DNA from: Camelus dromedarius
Taxonomy: Eukaryota
NCBI RefSeq assembly: GCF_036321535.1
Contig: NC_087437.1
Coordinates: 115,446,001 to 115,510,000 of the forward strand
Reading direction: 5' to 3'
DNA: 64,000 nucleotides
Shown here: in pieces, positions 26,046-38,751 of the stretch
Position numbering within the stretch: position 1 is the stretch's first letter
Layout: each line of letters begins with the position of its first letter
The notes under the pieces: generated by a model
Database searches by the model: none
What the model was told of the DNA's origin: nothing
What the model saw: the letters and a program-made list of their open reading frames with translations, nothing else
Program-made: the position numbers and the translations under genes

Positions 26046-27229
26046 AGAAGAGAAAAAATACAAAGTAGACCTATACAGACTAGAGTCACCAATTACTATT
26101 TTGGCACATTTGCTTTCTTTCTCCTCACAGGTGCGCGCACACACACAATTTACGAATTTATGGCTGGACCATTTAAAATGTAGTTATTATGACACTTTAT
26201 TCCTAAATACTTCAGCATAATGAAAATACAAATCTCATACTTGGGAACTTTAATACCATTACAAAACTCTTATTGAATATATAGCCCATGTCCAAATTTA
26301 TTTATCAAAAATGATGTATGGTATTTAGTTGTCATCCCTTTTATCTCCTGAATCTAAATAAGTTCTCCTGTCTTTTTAATAACACTCTCATATTTGAAGA
26401 ATCCAGGCCAATTACTGCACAGAATGTTTCTCAATTTGAATATGCCTGACTGGTTCCTTATGAACTGAGCTAAGGTAAGTATTTTTAGCAGGAATACTAC
26501 AGAGTTGAGTTGTGTCCTTCTCAGTGTTCCATGCCAGAACATGATGTCTTTTTAGTGGTGGTGGTAAGGTGGTATTCACTGCTGGTTAGGGTGGTGGTGA
26601 TCAGATTCCTTCATTATAAAGAAAGCCTCTTCCCTCTGTAATTAATAATCTGGACATAACTATTTGAATCTGTGTAAATATCAGGTTTCCCCAAGTATCT
26701 TGCACCCAAAGGTTTTAGCATCCCTTTTGAGACCTCCCTGCATTTACATGATTAACCACCACTCTCAGTTTCATTCCACAGAGTGTGAGACCTGGCTTTG
26801 TTTCAACTCCGGCTGCATATAAGCATCACTGGTGTCTCCTGGGGTGAGACCCCAGCCATCATAGTTTTAAATTCCCCATTGTGACTGATTTTGATGTACA
26901 GTGAGGGTTTAAATTCCCTGTGTTAGAGGTAGAGTAACCTTGCATTCTCACTTGGCAAATTAGGAAACTAATGAGGTTAAGAGCCAGTGGCACAGAACTT
27001 GTTAATGGCATAATTAAGATTTTTTTCACTTGCATTTTAATATGCTATTCCTCCTCTATGTTATTAAAATTCCACCACCAGAAAAATGAGGAACTTTTGT
27101 ATGGTGGTAGAGCAGACCACGGCCTAAAGTGCGTATTTCTGCTTTCCAGGTTAATTTCGCCTTTCTGTCGTTAGAACTTTGCATTCACCTTAGAAGTGAG
27201 GGAACGGAGTGTGTAGTCACAGAGCTCCT

Positions 27230-28430
27230 TCGCCCTCAGTGCTCACCGCAACAGCTCAAGCCTGGGGGCCTAAGGCCGAGCTGGAGGTTTAAGGCGCCAG
27301 CCCCTCGGCCCTGCATGCCCCCCAGCCGGCGATGACTCCGGCAAGGGCCGCTTATAGAGCTGCCAGCCACGAAAGCGAGACGTACCTGGCGGCGATGCAC
27401 CTGGCTGGGAAGCGCCTGGAGGCGCGCCTTACCCCTCCCAGGGACACCAAGAAGTGTGCGGAGCCTTGGAGACAACAAAACCTGCAGGTCCACCCACCAC
27501 CACTTACCCCGGCGTGATAAACCTTGTTCGCTCTTTTAATCTTAATGTCCAGGGTGGTCCCCATCTCGAATACTCTGCCGTGGGCGCCACTTCCTGCCGC
27601 GCGTGACCCGAGGGGTAAAAGGCCCGTTCCGCCCCTCCGTCCAGGGTCCCGCCCCCTTCTACTCTCCGTCGGAAGTTGCGTCACGTAACCTTGCGCGAGC
27701 CGCGTGATCGACTCCCCTTCCTTCCTCCTTCCGGTGCAGGGGCGGGCCTTAGCGCGGGCCGATGGGCTGTCACTCTTCGCCCCGCCCCCGCCGGACGTGA
27801 GGGGCGGGACCGGGCTAACCCCACCCCTTCCGTAAGACGGTCAAAACGCCGGAAATTCCCTCCTTCTCGCCCGTTGACTTAGAGGGAGGGGGAAACTCGT
27901 CTCTCCCGTCGTGCCCCGCGGTAGGGGGCGGCGCCAGGGGCGCGTCGCGGGCGCAGCCTGTGCAGAGAAGCTAAGGCTCCCGTCAGGCTGTGCGGCGCGT
28001 ACAAGCTATTAGGTGTCGCGTTATTGAGTTCGCTTTAAGGCAGCGATAAGTGGGGGCTACATTCCCACCCAGACTCCTTCCTTTTGTCGTCTCTCGCCCT
28101 CCCCCGCTTCCTTCTGGGGACTCTGAGGACGGAGAGCTTGTGTCCGTCCTCTGCTCGGCGGTGTTCTCTGCCCTTCCGCGGCCCCGCGCTCCCGGCCTGC
28201 AAAGCGCGGATTGGCGGGCGGCTCGGCTGCCCCGCCCCTGCCGCCGGGCGCGGGGCCAAGGTCTCGCGGAGCGCGGGTGACCTCGCCCCGCCCTGCGGGG
28301 CCGCGGGGGCTTGTGGGTACTCCCCCGGCGCGCGCCCTGGAACCGGGTGTTGAATATTCATATTCGTGCGCAGAACTTGGGAAGGCGCGGCTCGCGGGCC
28401 ATGGGTCCCGACAGTACGTGGAAATGAAAA
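27230..28430. promoter_or_regulatory. CpG-island promoter of VPS26C
   Basis: Sharp rise in GC and CpG around exon 1; GC boxes (27648-27655, 27781-27788, 27801-27808); ETS cores (cacttcctg ~27588, cggaagt 27670-27676); CRE/E-box-like gtcacgtaac 27680-27689; CCAAT (gattgg ~28209). Confidence 0.9.
27508..27564 (-). CDS. VPS26C: VPS26C/DSCR3 coding exon 1 (MGTTLDIKIKRANKVYHAG)
   Basis: ATG at 27564 in strong Kozak context (gagATGG); 57 nt; followed by the donor GGG|gtaagtg; peptide matches the VPS26C N-terminus; lies inside the CpG island. Confidence 0.97.
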
Positions 28431-30324
28431 CCTCGAAGCTGAAACGGACCTGCCTAGTTCTCTTATTCCCAGCAAGAGCTGACTAAACGAGATACCAGAA
28501 TTACATTGCTTTTTGGAAGGATTGCTTCCAGGCAGGGCAGCAGTACCGTGCTGCACAACATAAGACATTTATTGAAATAAAATCTCTTGTCAGTGTTTTC
28601 AACAAGGACTTTTCCAATAAGCTGAGAGGAAATTTTTCATTGTTTTGGTAACTGACAATAGAGTAAAGAGATTTTTAAAAATTCTTTGATTCAGATATTT
28701 GTTTTTTAAAGTGCATTACTTTTGGGATTACATGAGAACTTTTCTGTGAAATGATTTCACGAATTAGTATCACGAGTGCCTCTCTTGAGAATTTAAGGTA
28801 TTTTATAGGACAACAGTGATGGTGTTATAGCTACGATTGCTTTTGAAGGTTGATACATATGATATTCCCCAACATTCAGGTCTCAGTTTTCAGCTCCTCT
28901 CTGCCCTCGGGGCTTCCGTCTCTGTCCTGGATATCTTCCTGGCAACTCAAACTCAGCAATTCTAAAACAATTCATTAGGAACTTAGTAATCACAGGCTAG
29001 TCTATTTGCAATTCACGAAGTAGGTCCCTCTCAACCAGACTCTCCCATCATTTCCAATTGGTAAAATGTCAATCTCAATAGACAATGCAGGGAAACAGGG
29101 AAAGAAACACCTTACTAGGATCCGCATTCACCTTACAAGGATCCACCTGCTTTATTCTTACTTTACGACAGAACATTTCTTGTTCGCTGAGGACACGTGA
29201 GCTGTATTTCACTCATCTGTATAGGTTGTACACAATCTTTCTAGAATGCTGGTGCGGTACGAAGAGCTTTAGTTCCAGCAATAATCAGTATAATCAGTTG
29301 GTTGAGACCTCTCTGTGTGATGGCTTTGGAACATAAGAATAGTCCATTTTTTTTTCCAATCACTGCTCTTTTGAATCTTTTCCTTAACCACACCTTAGGT
29401 GCTACTGTGACACTTGGTCAATTTCAGTTACTAAAAAGCAGACCCTGTCAAAGTGTCAGTCTCATGGCTTGAGTCGGGTATGAAGGTGCAAGTCGGGGTT
29501 CTGGCTCTCAGACACTTCCTCAGTGTCCTCTTCAAGACCAGGCTTCTGTGTTGAAGCAAGTATCTCTTAATTGACCGCTGCTAGAGTTCTCTCTCATTTG
29601 ATCCCTGCTTCTCCGGTTTACTGGCCTTTGTTTGAAACTCCTTGCACAGGGCACATATGGGAAGGCCTGATGGACCTTCTCCTCTCCATGTGTTTCCATG
29701 GAAGATCTACCTCCAGCTTGATCTTTTCCATCACCTGATGGCCAGCACCCAGCAGTACACCCAGTCTCCTGGGTGTGCCAGTGAGACAGCTTGAGACCAT
29801 TTATCTTCCACAGAGTCCACTTGACTCTTGAGAAATACACATCCTTGCTACACAAAAGGTCTGGCCTGGAGAGTGCCCCATGGCCTGTCCTCTCCGTCCT
29901 GCTGTCTCTCTTCAATCTTCTTCTTATTCCCTCCTGAAATATAGTCAGAAATAAATCAGCAAGAAGGCTGAATAGACAGGTTGCAAGTAGGGAATGGAAC
30001 ACCAGCCTCTCCTTCCAGGAGGCCCCACTTAAATCAAGGAGAAATTATCTTACAGTCTCCCCCACAGCATCACTTCCTGCCAGAAGCTCTGTATTCTCCA
30101 CAAGGCCAACTACCTCCTTTCATTCCTTCCCCTGCCTTCCATACAGACTGAGAGGAGAGGACTGAGAAATATTTCATGGAAGCAGGGCTAGGTCTGCAGT
30201 TTTTTTTGAGCCCTGGGGAAAGTGTCTGGCTCCAATTGTAGACCTCATTTGTTAGAAGATGGGGTATTAGGCCTGTTGTTTTCAGCCCATTCTGGGACAA
30301 GAGGAGCCGTCCCACTAAATATCT

Positions 30325-31252
30325 TTTAGTGGATGCTGTGATGCTCTCCCCAGACCCTTCTTTGAGGACTGAAGGACATGTTCCCTCAGCTGCTCAGATT
30401 ATTGGTCTCAACATCTCTCAGCTAAGTTGCTCTTGAAAACTTGCCCTCAGCTGAAGAACATTGCTTTGGCCAAAGTCATGATCCCTTCTGGGTCGAGGGA
30501 CAGACCATATCTAATGACTAATCAATTTAGGGTACAAAGACCTCTTCCTTTCATCTCAGTGTAGGACAACTCTGAAGGCCAAATTCCAGCTCCAAAACTC
30601 CCTATATTAGTATCTATCATGCATAACAAATTACCCCAATGCTTACTAGTTGAAACTGAGGCAGGAACTTAGGAGCAACTTTGCTGGGTTGTTCTGGCTC
30701 AGGGTCTCAGGTAGTTGCAGCCAAGACATTAGGGCCACAGTCATTTGTGGGCTTGACTGGGGCTAGAGGATCCAAGGTGGCTCCCTCACGTGGCTGTTGG
30801 CCGGAGGCCTCGGCTCTTCACCACATGGGACGCTCCACAGGCTACTTGGGCGTCCTCACAGCAAGGCAGCTAACTGCTCCCAGAACAGGCAATCCCCCAG
30901 GGAGAGCAAGCAGGGAGCGACAGTGCCTTGTATGGCCGAGGCTCTGACTTCTCACATTCATTTTTCTCCTTTTCATTGGAAGAGAGTCACTAAATCCAGT
31001 CCACACTGGAAGGAAGGGGAATCATAAAGGAAGGGACCATCAAAAAATTTGTGGACAAGTTTTAAGCCACTAAGCTCCACTGGATGGGGAGCCTTTGTTG
31101 TAATTGCATGACAGTTCAACTTTTCCCTCTGCCCAACCCAATCCTACTTCCTTTGCCGTCACCCCTCCACACCTGTTACTCACCCCCTAATATGCCTCCA
31201 GGACGTTAATCTCCATCTCAGAACCTGCCTCCTGGCAACTCAACCTATGACA
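30325..31252 (+). mobile_element. LTR16-like (ERVL) LTR interrupted by an MLT1-type MaLR LTR (~30604-31072, minus strand)
   Basis: gtggatgctgtgatgctctccccagaccc start and caacctatgaca end resemble LTR16; insert begins tattagtatctatcatgcataacaaattacccc, as in MLT1. Confidence 0.65.
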
Positions 31253-32137
31253 ATCCCGTCACACTAGCTTCCTGGCTTCACTTCTCTGAGCCTCAGCTTT
31301 CCTCATCTCTAAAATGATTTCATAATACCTTTGTCACAGGGAAGTTGATAGCACTCATAACAGCTCATATGTGTATCAAGCACTTACTGTGCTTACTGCT
31401 AGGCATTGTTCTAAGCACTTGAAATGTTTTAATTTATTCCATCCTCATAACAATCTTTTAAGTATAATTATTATTTCCTCATCTTCTGAAAGGGAAAAAC
31501 TGAGGCATTGGAAGACCATGTAGTAACTAAGAGGCAGACACCCATTTTGATTCCAGACCTCACATATGCAATCAATCACCAGTCATCATGCTACATATGT
31601 GTCCACAACAGAGGCCTGGGGTTCTAGCACAGAGGCACGGGATCTTAATGAAAAGACTGAGCAAAGGACTGCCAAACTAATGTGAATGCCATGCAGGGGG
31701 ACAATGTTACAGTCAAAGGTGATTTGAAAGAAAGGAATTGAGGGGTCATTTATCAATTGATAGTGAAGGCACTATATTAAAACTGTGGTAGAATTGTATA
31801 GGGTATTCGTTTACTGGGGCGGCTTGTAACAAGGTACAGTACCACAGACCACGTGGCTTTAAACAACAGAAAATTATTCTTTCTTGTTTGGTTCTGAAGG
31901 CTGGAAGTCTGGAAACAAGGTGTCAGCAGGGTTGGCTCCTTTGGAGGGCCGTGAGGGAAGGTTCAGTTCCAGGCCTCTCTCCTTGACTTGCAGATGGCTA
32001 TCTTCTCCCTGAGTCTCTTCACGTTGTCTTCTTTTTGTGTGTCTTCACCTTCACATGGCATTCTCCCTGGATGTGTGTCTGTCTCCAAATCTTGCTTTTT
32101 TTTTTTTTTTTGTCAGTTCTTCAACAAGAATTTATTT

Positions 32138-33148
32138 TTAAATTTTTTTAAATTTAATTTTATTTTTTATTGAAGTATATTCAGTTTACAGTGTTGTGTC
32201 AATTTCTGGTGTACAGCATAATGTTTCAGTCATACATATACATACGTATATTCCTTTTCATATTCTTTTTTATGTTTGTTTTTTGACTTTTTTGGGTGAG
32301 GAGATAATTGGTTTTATTTATTTATTTTCAATGGAGGTACTGGGGATGAACTCAGGGCCTCCTGCATGCTAAGAATGAGCTCTACCACTTGAACTCTACC
32401 CTTCCCCCCATATTCTTTTTCATTACAGGTTACCAAGATATTGAATATACTTCCCTATGCTGTACAGTAGATATTTGTTTATCTATTTTATGTTTAGTAG
32501 TTAGTATCTGCATATCTCGAACTCCCAGTGTATCCCTTCCCACTCTCTTCCCCCCCCGCCCCAGTAACCATAAGTTTGTTTTCTATGTCTGTGAGTCTCT
32601 TTCTGTTTTGTAAATAAATTCATTTGTGTCTTTTTTTTGTTGTTGTTAGATTCCACAAATGAGTGATATCATATTGTATTTTTCTTTCTCTTTCTGGCTT
32701 ACTTCACTTAGAATGACGATCTCCAGGGACATCCATGTTGCTGCAAATGGCATTATTTTTATGGCTGAGTAGTATTCCACTGTATAAATATACCACAGTT
32801 TCTTTATCCAGTAATCTGTCGATGGACATTTAGATTGTTTCCGTGTCTTAGCTTCTGTAAATAGTGCTGCTATGAACATTGGGGTATAAGTGTCTTTTTG
32901 AATTAGAGTTCCCGCTGGATATATGCCCACGAGTGGGATTGCCAGGTCATATGGTAAGTCTAATTTTAGTTTTTTGAGAAATCTCCATACTGTTTTCCAT
33001 AATGGCTGCACCAAACTACATTCCCATCAATAGTGTAGGAGGGTTCCCTTTTTTCCACACCCTCTCCAGCATTTATTTTTGTGAACTTTTTAGTGATGGC
33101 CATTCTGACTGGTGTGAGGTGATACCTCATTGTAGTTTTGATTTGCAT
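32138..33148 (-). mobile_element. 5'-truncated L1 (ORF2 end + 3'UTR)
   Basis: ORF-track peptides MQIKTTMRYHLTPVRMA and [18 protein letters not shown] aagaatttattt at 32126-32137 and 33149-33160. Confidence 0.92.
32271..32408 (-). mobile_element. tRNA-Ala-derived SINE nested in L1
   Basis: TSD catattcttttt at 32259-32270 and 32409-32420. Confidence 0.9.
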
Positions 33149-33154
33149 AAGAAT

Positions 33155-33160
<6 letters not shown>

Positions 33161-33185
<25 letters not shown>

Positions 33186-33540
33186 TTGTTAAATAAATAA
33201 ATAAATTGTTAAAATTGAAGTTTAGTTGATTTACAACATTGTGTTTGTTTCTGGTATACAGCATAGTGATTCAATTATACATATATATTTTCTTTTTCAT
33301 TATAGGTTATTACAAGATATTAAATGTAGTTCTCTTTGCTATACATTAGGACCTTGTTGTTTATCTATTTTAAATATAGTAGTTAGTGTCTGAAAATCCC
33401 AAACTCCTAATTTATCCCTCCTGCCCCTTTCCCTTTTGGTTACCATAGGTTTCTTTTCTGTCTGTGAGTCTGTTTCTGTTTTTTAAATAAGTTGATTGAA
33501 TCTTTTTTTCAGAGTCCATATATAAGTGATATCATATAAA
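33161..33540 (-). mobile_element. Second L1 3'UTR with (TTTA)n tail
   Basis: ttgaagtttagttgatttacaacattgtg...tctgtgagtctgtttctgtt L1 3'UTR motifs. Confidence 0.85.
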
Positions 33541-35309
33541 ATTTTTCCTTTTTGTAAAGACACCAGTCATAGTATCCAGTGTGTTAGGGCCCGCACTAAT
33601 GACCTCATTTTAACTTGATGACCTCTATAAAGACCCTATTTCCAAATTCTGTCACATTCTGAGGTGTTGAGGGTTAGAACTTCAACGTGTGAATTTGGTG
33701 GGAACACAATTCAACCTGTAACATAGGAACAAAATATATACAACAAAAATACTTAGACATATAAAGATAAATGGACAGATACAATAAGTAAAATATTTTA
33801 ACACAACATACTCTATCAGAGATCAAATAGATAAAGAAATAAAGACAGAGAGGATTTTAACAAAATAACTAAGAGATGCAATTAACAAATAAGATGGAAT
33901 CACTGGGAGTTCACCTTTTCAAATGTTCATGATGCCTTTATAAGCATTGATCGTATAGTAGGCCACAAAGAAACTCTCAAAGCCAATTAACTAAGTATAT
34001 AGTCCAGGTACTTTAACCACCAAAATTTTAACCACTTGGTGGTTAAGTCATGCTTTCCCAAATACATTCGGTCAAGGAATAAATAAAATAGCAAGATATG
34101 ACTGCTTCATTTCAAAACCTATGGGATACGGCCAGAGGAAGAATCTTCTGAAAAATTATTAGTAAAAGGGTTTGAAAATTTGGCCAGAATGAAATGATAT
34201 GAAATCCGGGATTTGCTACAAAGTAACTCCAGGGGGAGAAGGAGGAAGGGAAGAGTTGTGGTTGGGCAGGATGAGTGTTGAAACAGATGTTGAGAATTAT
34301 TGAAGCTGGGTGATGGGGACATGGAGCTGTATTATACTATCTCTCTGCTTTGTGTGTATCTTTGAATTCCATAGTAGAAGAAGACAAGATAAATATATGC
34401 AGTAGGATAATATTTTTAAACTATTAGCTAAAGTATTTTTTATGTCTTGTAATTCCTAGTAGGTGCCCCCCAACACTCCCTTCATCAAATTTATGCCCTG
34501 AATCACAAGATGTGTGATAAAGAGCACTTTTCCAAAGATATGACATGTATCTGCTTTAGACAAAGAAGTACGAAGAGAGAATGGAGCAAAAAAGATCCTG
34601 TGGTGATGTCTGGCTGCCTGTACTCTGGAGTCAACAGCCCACTTGGGAACAGGGATGGGCAGGGCTCTAGAAAATGATAGAAAACTCAGAGAGATTAGAG
34701 ATTGAGTGAGCATGAAGGAGCAGAGGATTAGAAGATGCAGCAAGGTGAGTTGTGGGCTAAGTCATCAATGGAGACAGCTCAAGCTTCCTCTAGAATCCCT
34801 CCAGCGTGGCGTTGCCTTTGCTCAAATGGACTGCAAATTACTCCAGCTGGGACGTTGGCCAAGGTACCTGGCGTTTTCAAACCACATGCCTCTCCCATCC
34901 CAGGTAGAAAACTGCAGAGGAGAGCAAGAAGGAGATTGGGGATGTGAAAGGAGAAGGTAAAACATTATCAACTGAGTTACAATTAAATAGTAAGATTGAT
35001 TTTTTTTCTCACCACCGTTAGCAGAAATGATTGTGGGAGAGCTAAACTGGGTTAATTTATAGAGAAATGAAGACTGCTACTTTTTTGGCCATTTATACAT
35101 TGTGCCTATAAATTTTAAAACAGCTACATGTACAAAAATCAATATGCATTTCTATTTAACGGCAATAAACAATTAGAAAATAAAATGAAAATAGGGATTG
35201 TCTTCTCAATAGCAATAAAAATATAAAATACTTGGAGTAATTTGAATGTAATAAATGTTTGAGTTACATGAATAAAAGTAGAAGGGTGAATTAAGATATG
35301 TGAATTATG

Positions 35310-35567
35310 GAAGGGGTTGGGAAGGGATAAATTGGGATTACGAGATTTGCAGATACTAACTAATATATAAAAAATAGATAAACAACAAGTTTATACTGCA
35401 TAGCACAGGGAACTATATTCAATATCTTGTAGTAACTTATGGTGAAAGAGAATATGAAAATGAATATATGTATGTTCATGTATGACTGGAGTATTATGCT
35501 GTAGGCCAGAAATTGACACAACACTGTAAACTGACTATACTTCAGTAAAAATTAAAAAAAAAAAAAA
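35310..35567 (+). mobile_element. 5'-truncated L1 3'UTR with poly(A)
   Basis: gggaagggataaattggg...tagcacagggaactatattcaatatc...gactatacttcag plus A tail. Confidence 0.85.
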
Positions 35568-38371
35568 GAAGGGAAACAGCTTTAGCTAACAGAAACCTGA
35601 AAAAGAAATCACTTTTGTTTATTTAGGTACTGTGCGTAAATTCCTTCTTTTGAGGATGATGGTAACTTGAAAGGACAAAGAGTATTCACAACTCTATTTG
35701 CTAAAAAATCAGATCAAGACCAGATAGTAAAATATACATATCTATATATGAATTATGAAAAATGGAGGGCCATATAGTATTTCAGAATAGGAAATCTAAA
35801 TACTTCTAAATGTCCAGTCTTATAAAATTAATTTTTAGGCTTAATTAATTCCTCTTGATATAATTTTTAATGAGGAAATTTAAGGAAATCATGTTAAAAT
35901 TCTTCTGAAAAAAATGAATGCTACACACCACTTGCATGGCTAAAATGAAAGAGTTTGATGATACCACTTACTGATGGGACTGCAAGATGAAACAGCCATT
36001 TTGGAAAACAGTCTGGTGGTTTCAAACAGTTTGGCAGAAAGTTCAACATACACTTACGATTTGGCTTAGCACGATCACTCCTAGGTGTTTACCCAAGATC
36101 ATGAAAAACTATGTCCACACAAAGACTTGTATGTTCATAGTAGGATTATTCATAATAGACAAAAACTGAGAAACCCAAATATTCATCAAGTGAATGGATA
36201 AACAAATAGTAGTGTAGCCACACAACAGAACACTACTTAATGCAAAGAAACAAGCTACTGATAGGTACAACAGCGTGGATGACTCTCAAGACATGCTGAG
36301 CAGAAGCAGCTAGCCAGAAGACTACATACTTAATATTAAGTTTCAAGCAGGCAAAACTAATCAATAGTGACATAAAATGGATCAGTGGACACCTGTGAGA
36401 CAATTAGGGAACAGACTAGAGATTCAGGAGGGTATTTTTTAAGATGAAATAATATATCTTGAGTGAGAGAGAGTTACACAGGTTATCCATTTGTTAAAAC
36501 TCATCAACTGTGTATATATATGATGGGTGTGTTTTATATAAATTACAATTCCATAAGTCAACTTCAAAAGCTAAATAATATAGTAATGGAGATCATAGAA
36601 AATGGTTGTGTTAAAATAAAAATTTTAAAAGAATTTTAACTATAATGTGATTACAGCTGTGAAAAACAGGCAAACACACAAAGAAATCACAGGCAACATA
36701 AGCCTCTTAAACAAAAAAATTACAGAAAGCCTAGCAGAAAAACAAATGCCCACCAAATATTAACATTGTCTGTGCTGGGGTGATAGGACTATGGGAACCT
36801 TTTGTTCTTTTTCATTCTTCTAAAAAATATGCATTATTTTGAAAATATTTACTATAAAATTTAACTATTTATTATTAAAATTTTTAAAATAGTTACCATT
36901 AAATTTAAAAAGAGGAAAGCAGAATTGGTCAGGGTAGAGTCAGGATTCTTTCAATCACAAGAGCCAGAAAGTGATTTCAATGATCTTAAACCAAACACAT
37001 ATATTGTCTTTTGTAACTGAAGTCCAAGATGGAGTCGCTTTAAGTTAAGTAATATATAAGTTGGTCAGTTGTCTCACATCCACTTACTGGGTGCCAATTA
37101 TACATTATGCTAAATCCTAAAGACTCACTGGAGAACAACATAGATATAGTCTTCCCTTCATGTAGTTTCCAGCCTAGAGGGAAGAGAGGTGACTGAACAA
37201 GGAATTCCAGTAGATTGTGAAGAGTTGTTTTAGGGCTCGCTCACTCTAATGACCTCATTTTACCTCATTATCTCTGTTAAGACCCTATCTCCAAGTAAAG
37301 TCACGTTCTGAGGTACTAGGGATTAGGACTGTAACATCTTTTTTGGAGGGACACGATTCAACCTATAACAAGAGGTGATCAGCTTTGCATTTTAGAAAGA
37401 GCCTTCTGTCAGCAACGTGCAGAATACATTGGAGAGTAACATCTCACTAAACGTCTCAGGAGATGTTTGTCGTAATCTTAGCAAGAGACAATAGTAACAG
37501 GACAATGATCTTAGTAATGACGTAGGATGGAAGGAAGTGGGCCAGCAGAGAACATTTTAGGAGCTGGCCCCGAGGTGATTTGATACTGAAGGGATGTGAG
37601 TTGGGAGAGTGAGAAGGGTTCTCCCTACAGATGAGGGGTCAGGGCCCCATGTCTCACCCAAACCCCTATTCCTATCAGGTATGTCCATGGGGCCTTCATG
37701 AAACTTATGTTCAGCACAGGGAAGAGTGCCCACTTCCTGGGTCCCCATGGCCTGGAACTCCCCTTCCTCTCAGAGATGCCATGCCCCCATTCAGTAAGCA
37801 CTCAAGTGATCTGTTCACTGGTGACCAAGAGATCATTCCATACACTCAAAGCTTCTGGAGGGAAAACGCCTCTGTTTATGTCTGGAATCATCGAACTTCC
37901 ATTTCATGTTCTCGCCTGGGAGGTATTTACATGACTGTCTCGGATTTTTTTTTTTAAGGGAACGTTGGTCTCTGTGCTTCACAGAGGTTGCTTGCTGCAT
38001 TATTCCAAAGATCTGGATGAGACTAGTACCAATTAGGAAAAACTGCCTGTCTCCTGGCCCTCAGCACACTTGCATGTGAATTAAATTCTTTCTCTGAAAA
38101 TGTACATGTAATCTCAGAGATTTCCTCAGGAACTCTGGAGCGAATGCTAGATGCCCCCCAGAAGATGTCCTCCCATTTCTCTGTAGTAGTAGAAACTCCA
38201 ATTTTTTTTTAGCTGGCATGCATGTGGCTGCCCAGAAGAATTCCTACATTTCCCCATTGCCCTTGTGAGTCACATGGCCACACAAGGCCATATAACTATG
38301 TTCTGGCCAATAGGAAGTTAATAGAAGCCAGGTATGCTACTCCCAGGAAGTATCTCTAAAGAGAAGGTGCA

Positions 38372-38520
38372 GGAGGGCAGGTATACCTCAAGTGGTAGAG
38401 CACATGCTTAGCATACATAAGGTTCTGCGTTCAACCCCCAGTACTGCCTATAGAAATAAACAAATAAATAAACCTAAATACCTCCCCCACCACAAAAATT
38501 TTATTTTAAATTTAAAAAGA
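38372..38520 (+). mobile_element. tRNA-Ala-derived SINE
   Basis: ctcaagtggtagagcacatgcttagcat head and taaacctaaatacctcccc tail. Confidence 0.88.
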
Positions 38521-38751
38521 AAGGAAAAAGTTCGAGTCTTTCTTTCCCCCGCTCCCTCCCACCACTGGTTAGAATTTGGATGGGTTGGCTGCACTTTGAG
38601 GAGTCCTCTTGGACTTTGCGATGGAGACTACTTGCTGAGGATGGAAGATGGGGCAAGTGGAAAGAGCCTGAGCTCTTCACGATCATGGACCCCCCCATAC
38701 TGGCCTTGACTGCCCACACGTATGTGAGAGAGAAATAAACTTCTCTTTTGT

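Larger units (their letters stand above)
1..27600 (-). other. VPS26C: VPS26C gene body, 5' part (intron 1 = 3253-27507, 24,255 nt; intron 2 = 2045-3108, 1,064 nt; intron 3 runs off the left edge)
   Basis: Three colinear in-frame exons; no exon 4 found in 1-1894; TSS not determinable and assumed shortly upstream of 27564. Confidence 0.9.
31795..33723 (-). mobile_element. MLT1B/C-like MaLR solo LTR split by L1 insertions (LTR parts ~31795-32095 and ~33545-33723)
   Basis: gacctcattttaacttgat...ccctatttccaaat...acacaattcaacctgtaaca and ggcttaaacaacagaaa-like motifs. Confidence 0.8.

Noticed and set aside
27352..27684. 110-aa ORF as a complete protein
   Set aside because: Only MGTTLDIKIKRANKVYHAG is VPS26C; the rest is 5' flank and read-through past the donor at 27507
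28035..28568. 177-aa ORF and overlapping ORFs in the CpG island
   Set aside because: Stop-poor GC-rich DNA; low-complexity Ala/Pro/Arg peptides with no recognisable domain
29532..30002. 156-aa minus-strand ORF, possibly an upstream exon or pseudogene (acceptor-like tatttcag ~29935)
   Set aside because: Non-ATG start, no recognisable homology, no poly(A)/TSD and no convincing donor; cannot be supported without a database search
32646..33148. 122-aa and 60-aa ORFs as genes (also 20380-20927 and 61031-61954)
   Set aside because: Frameshifted L1 ORF2 remnants or their antisense frames
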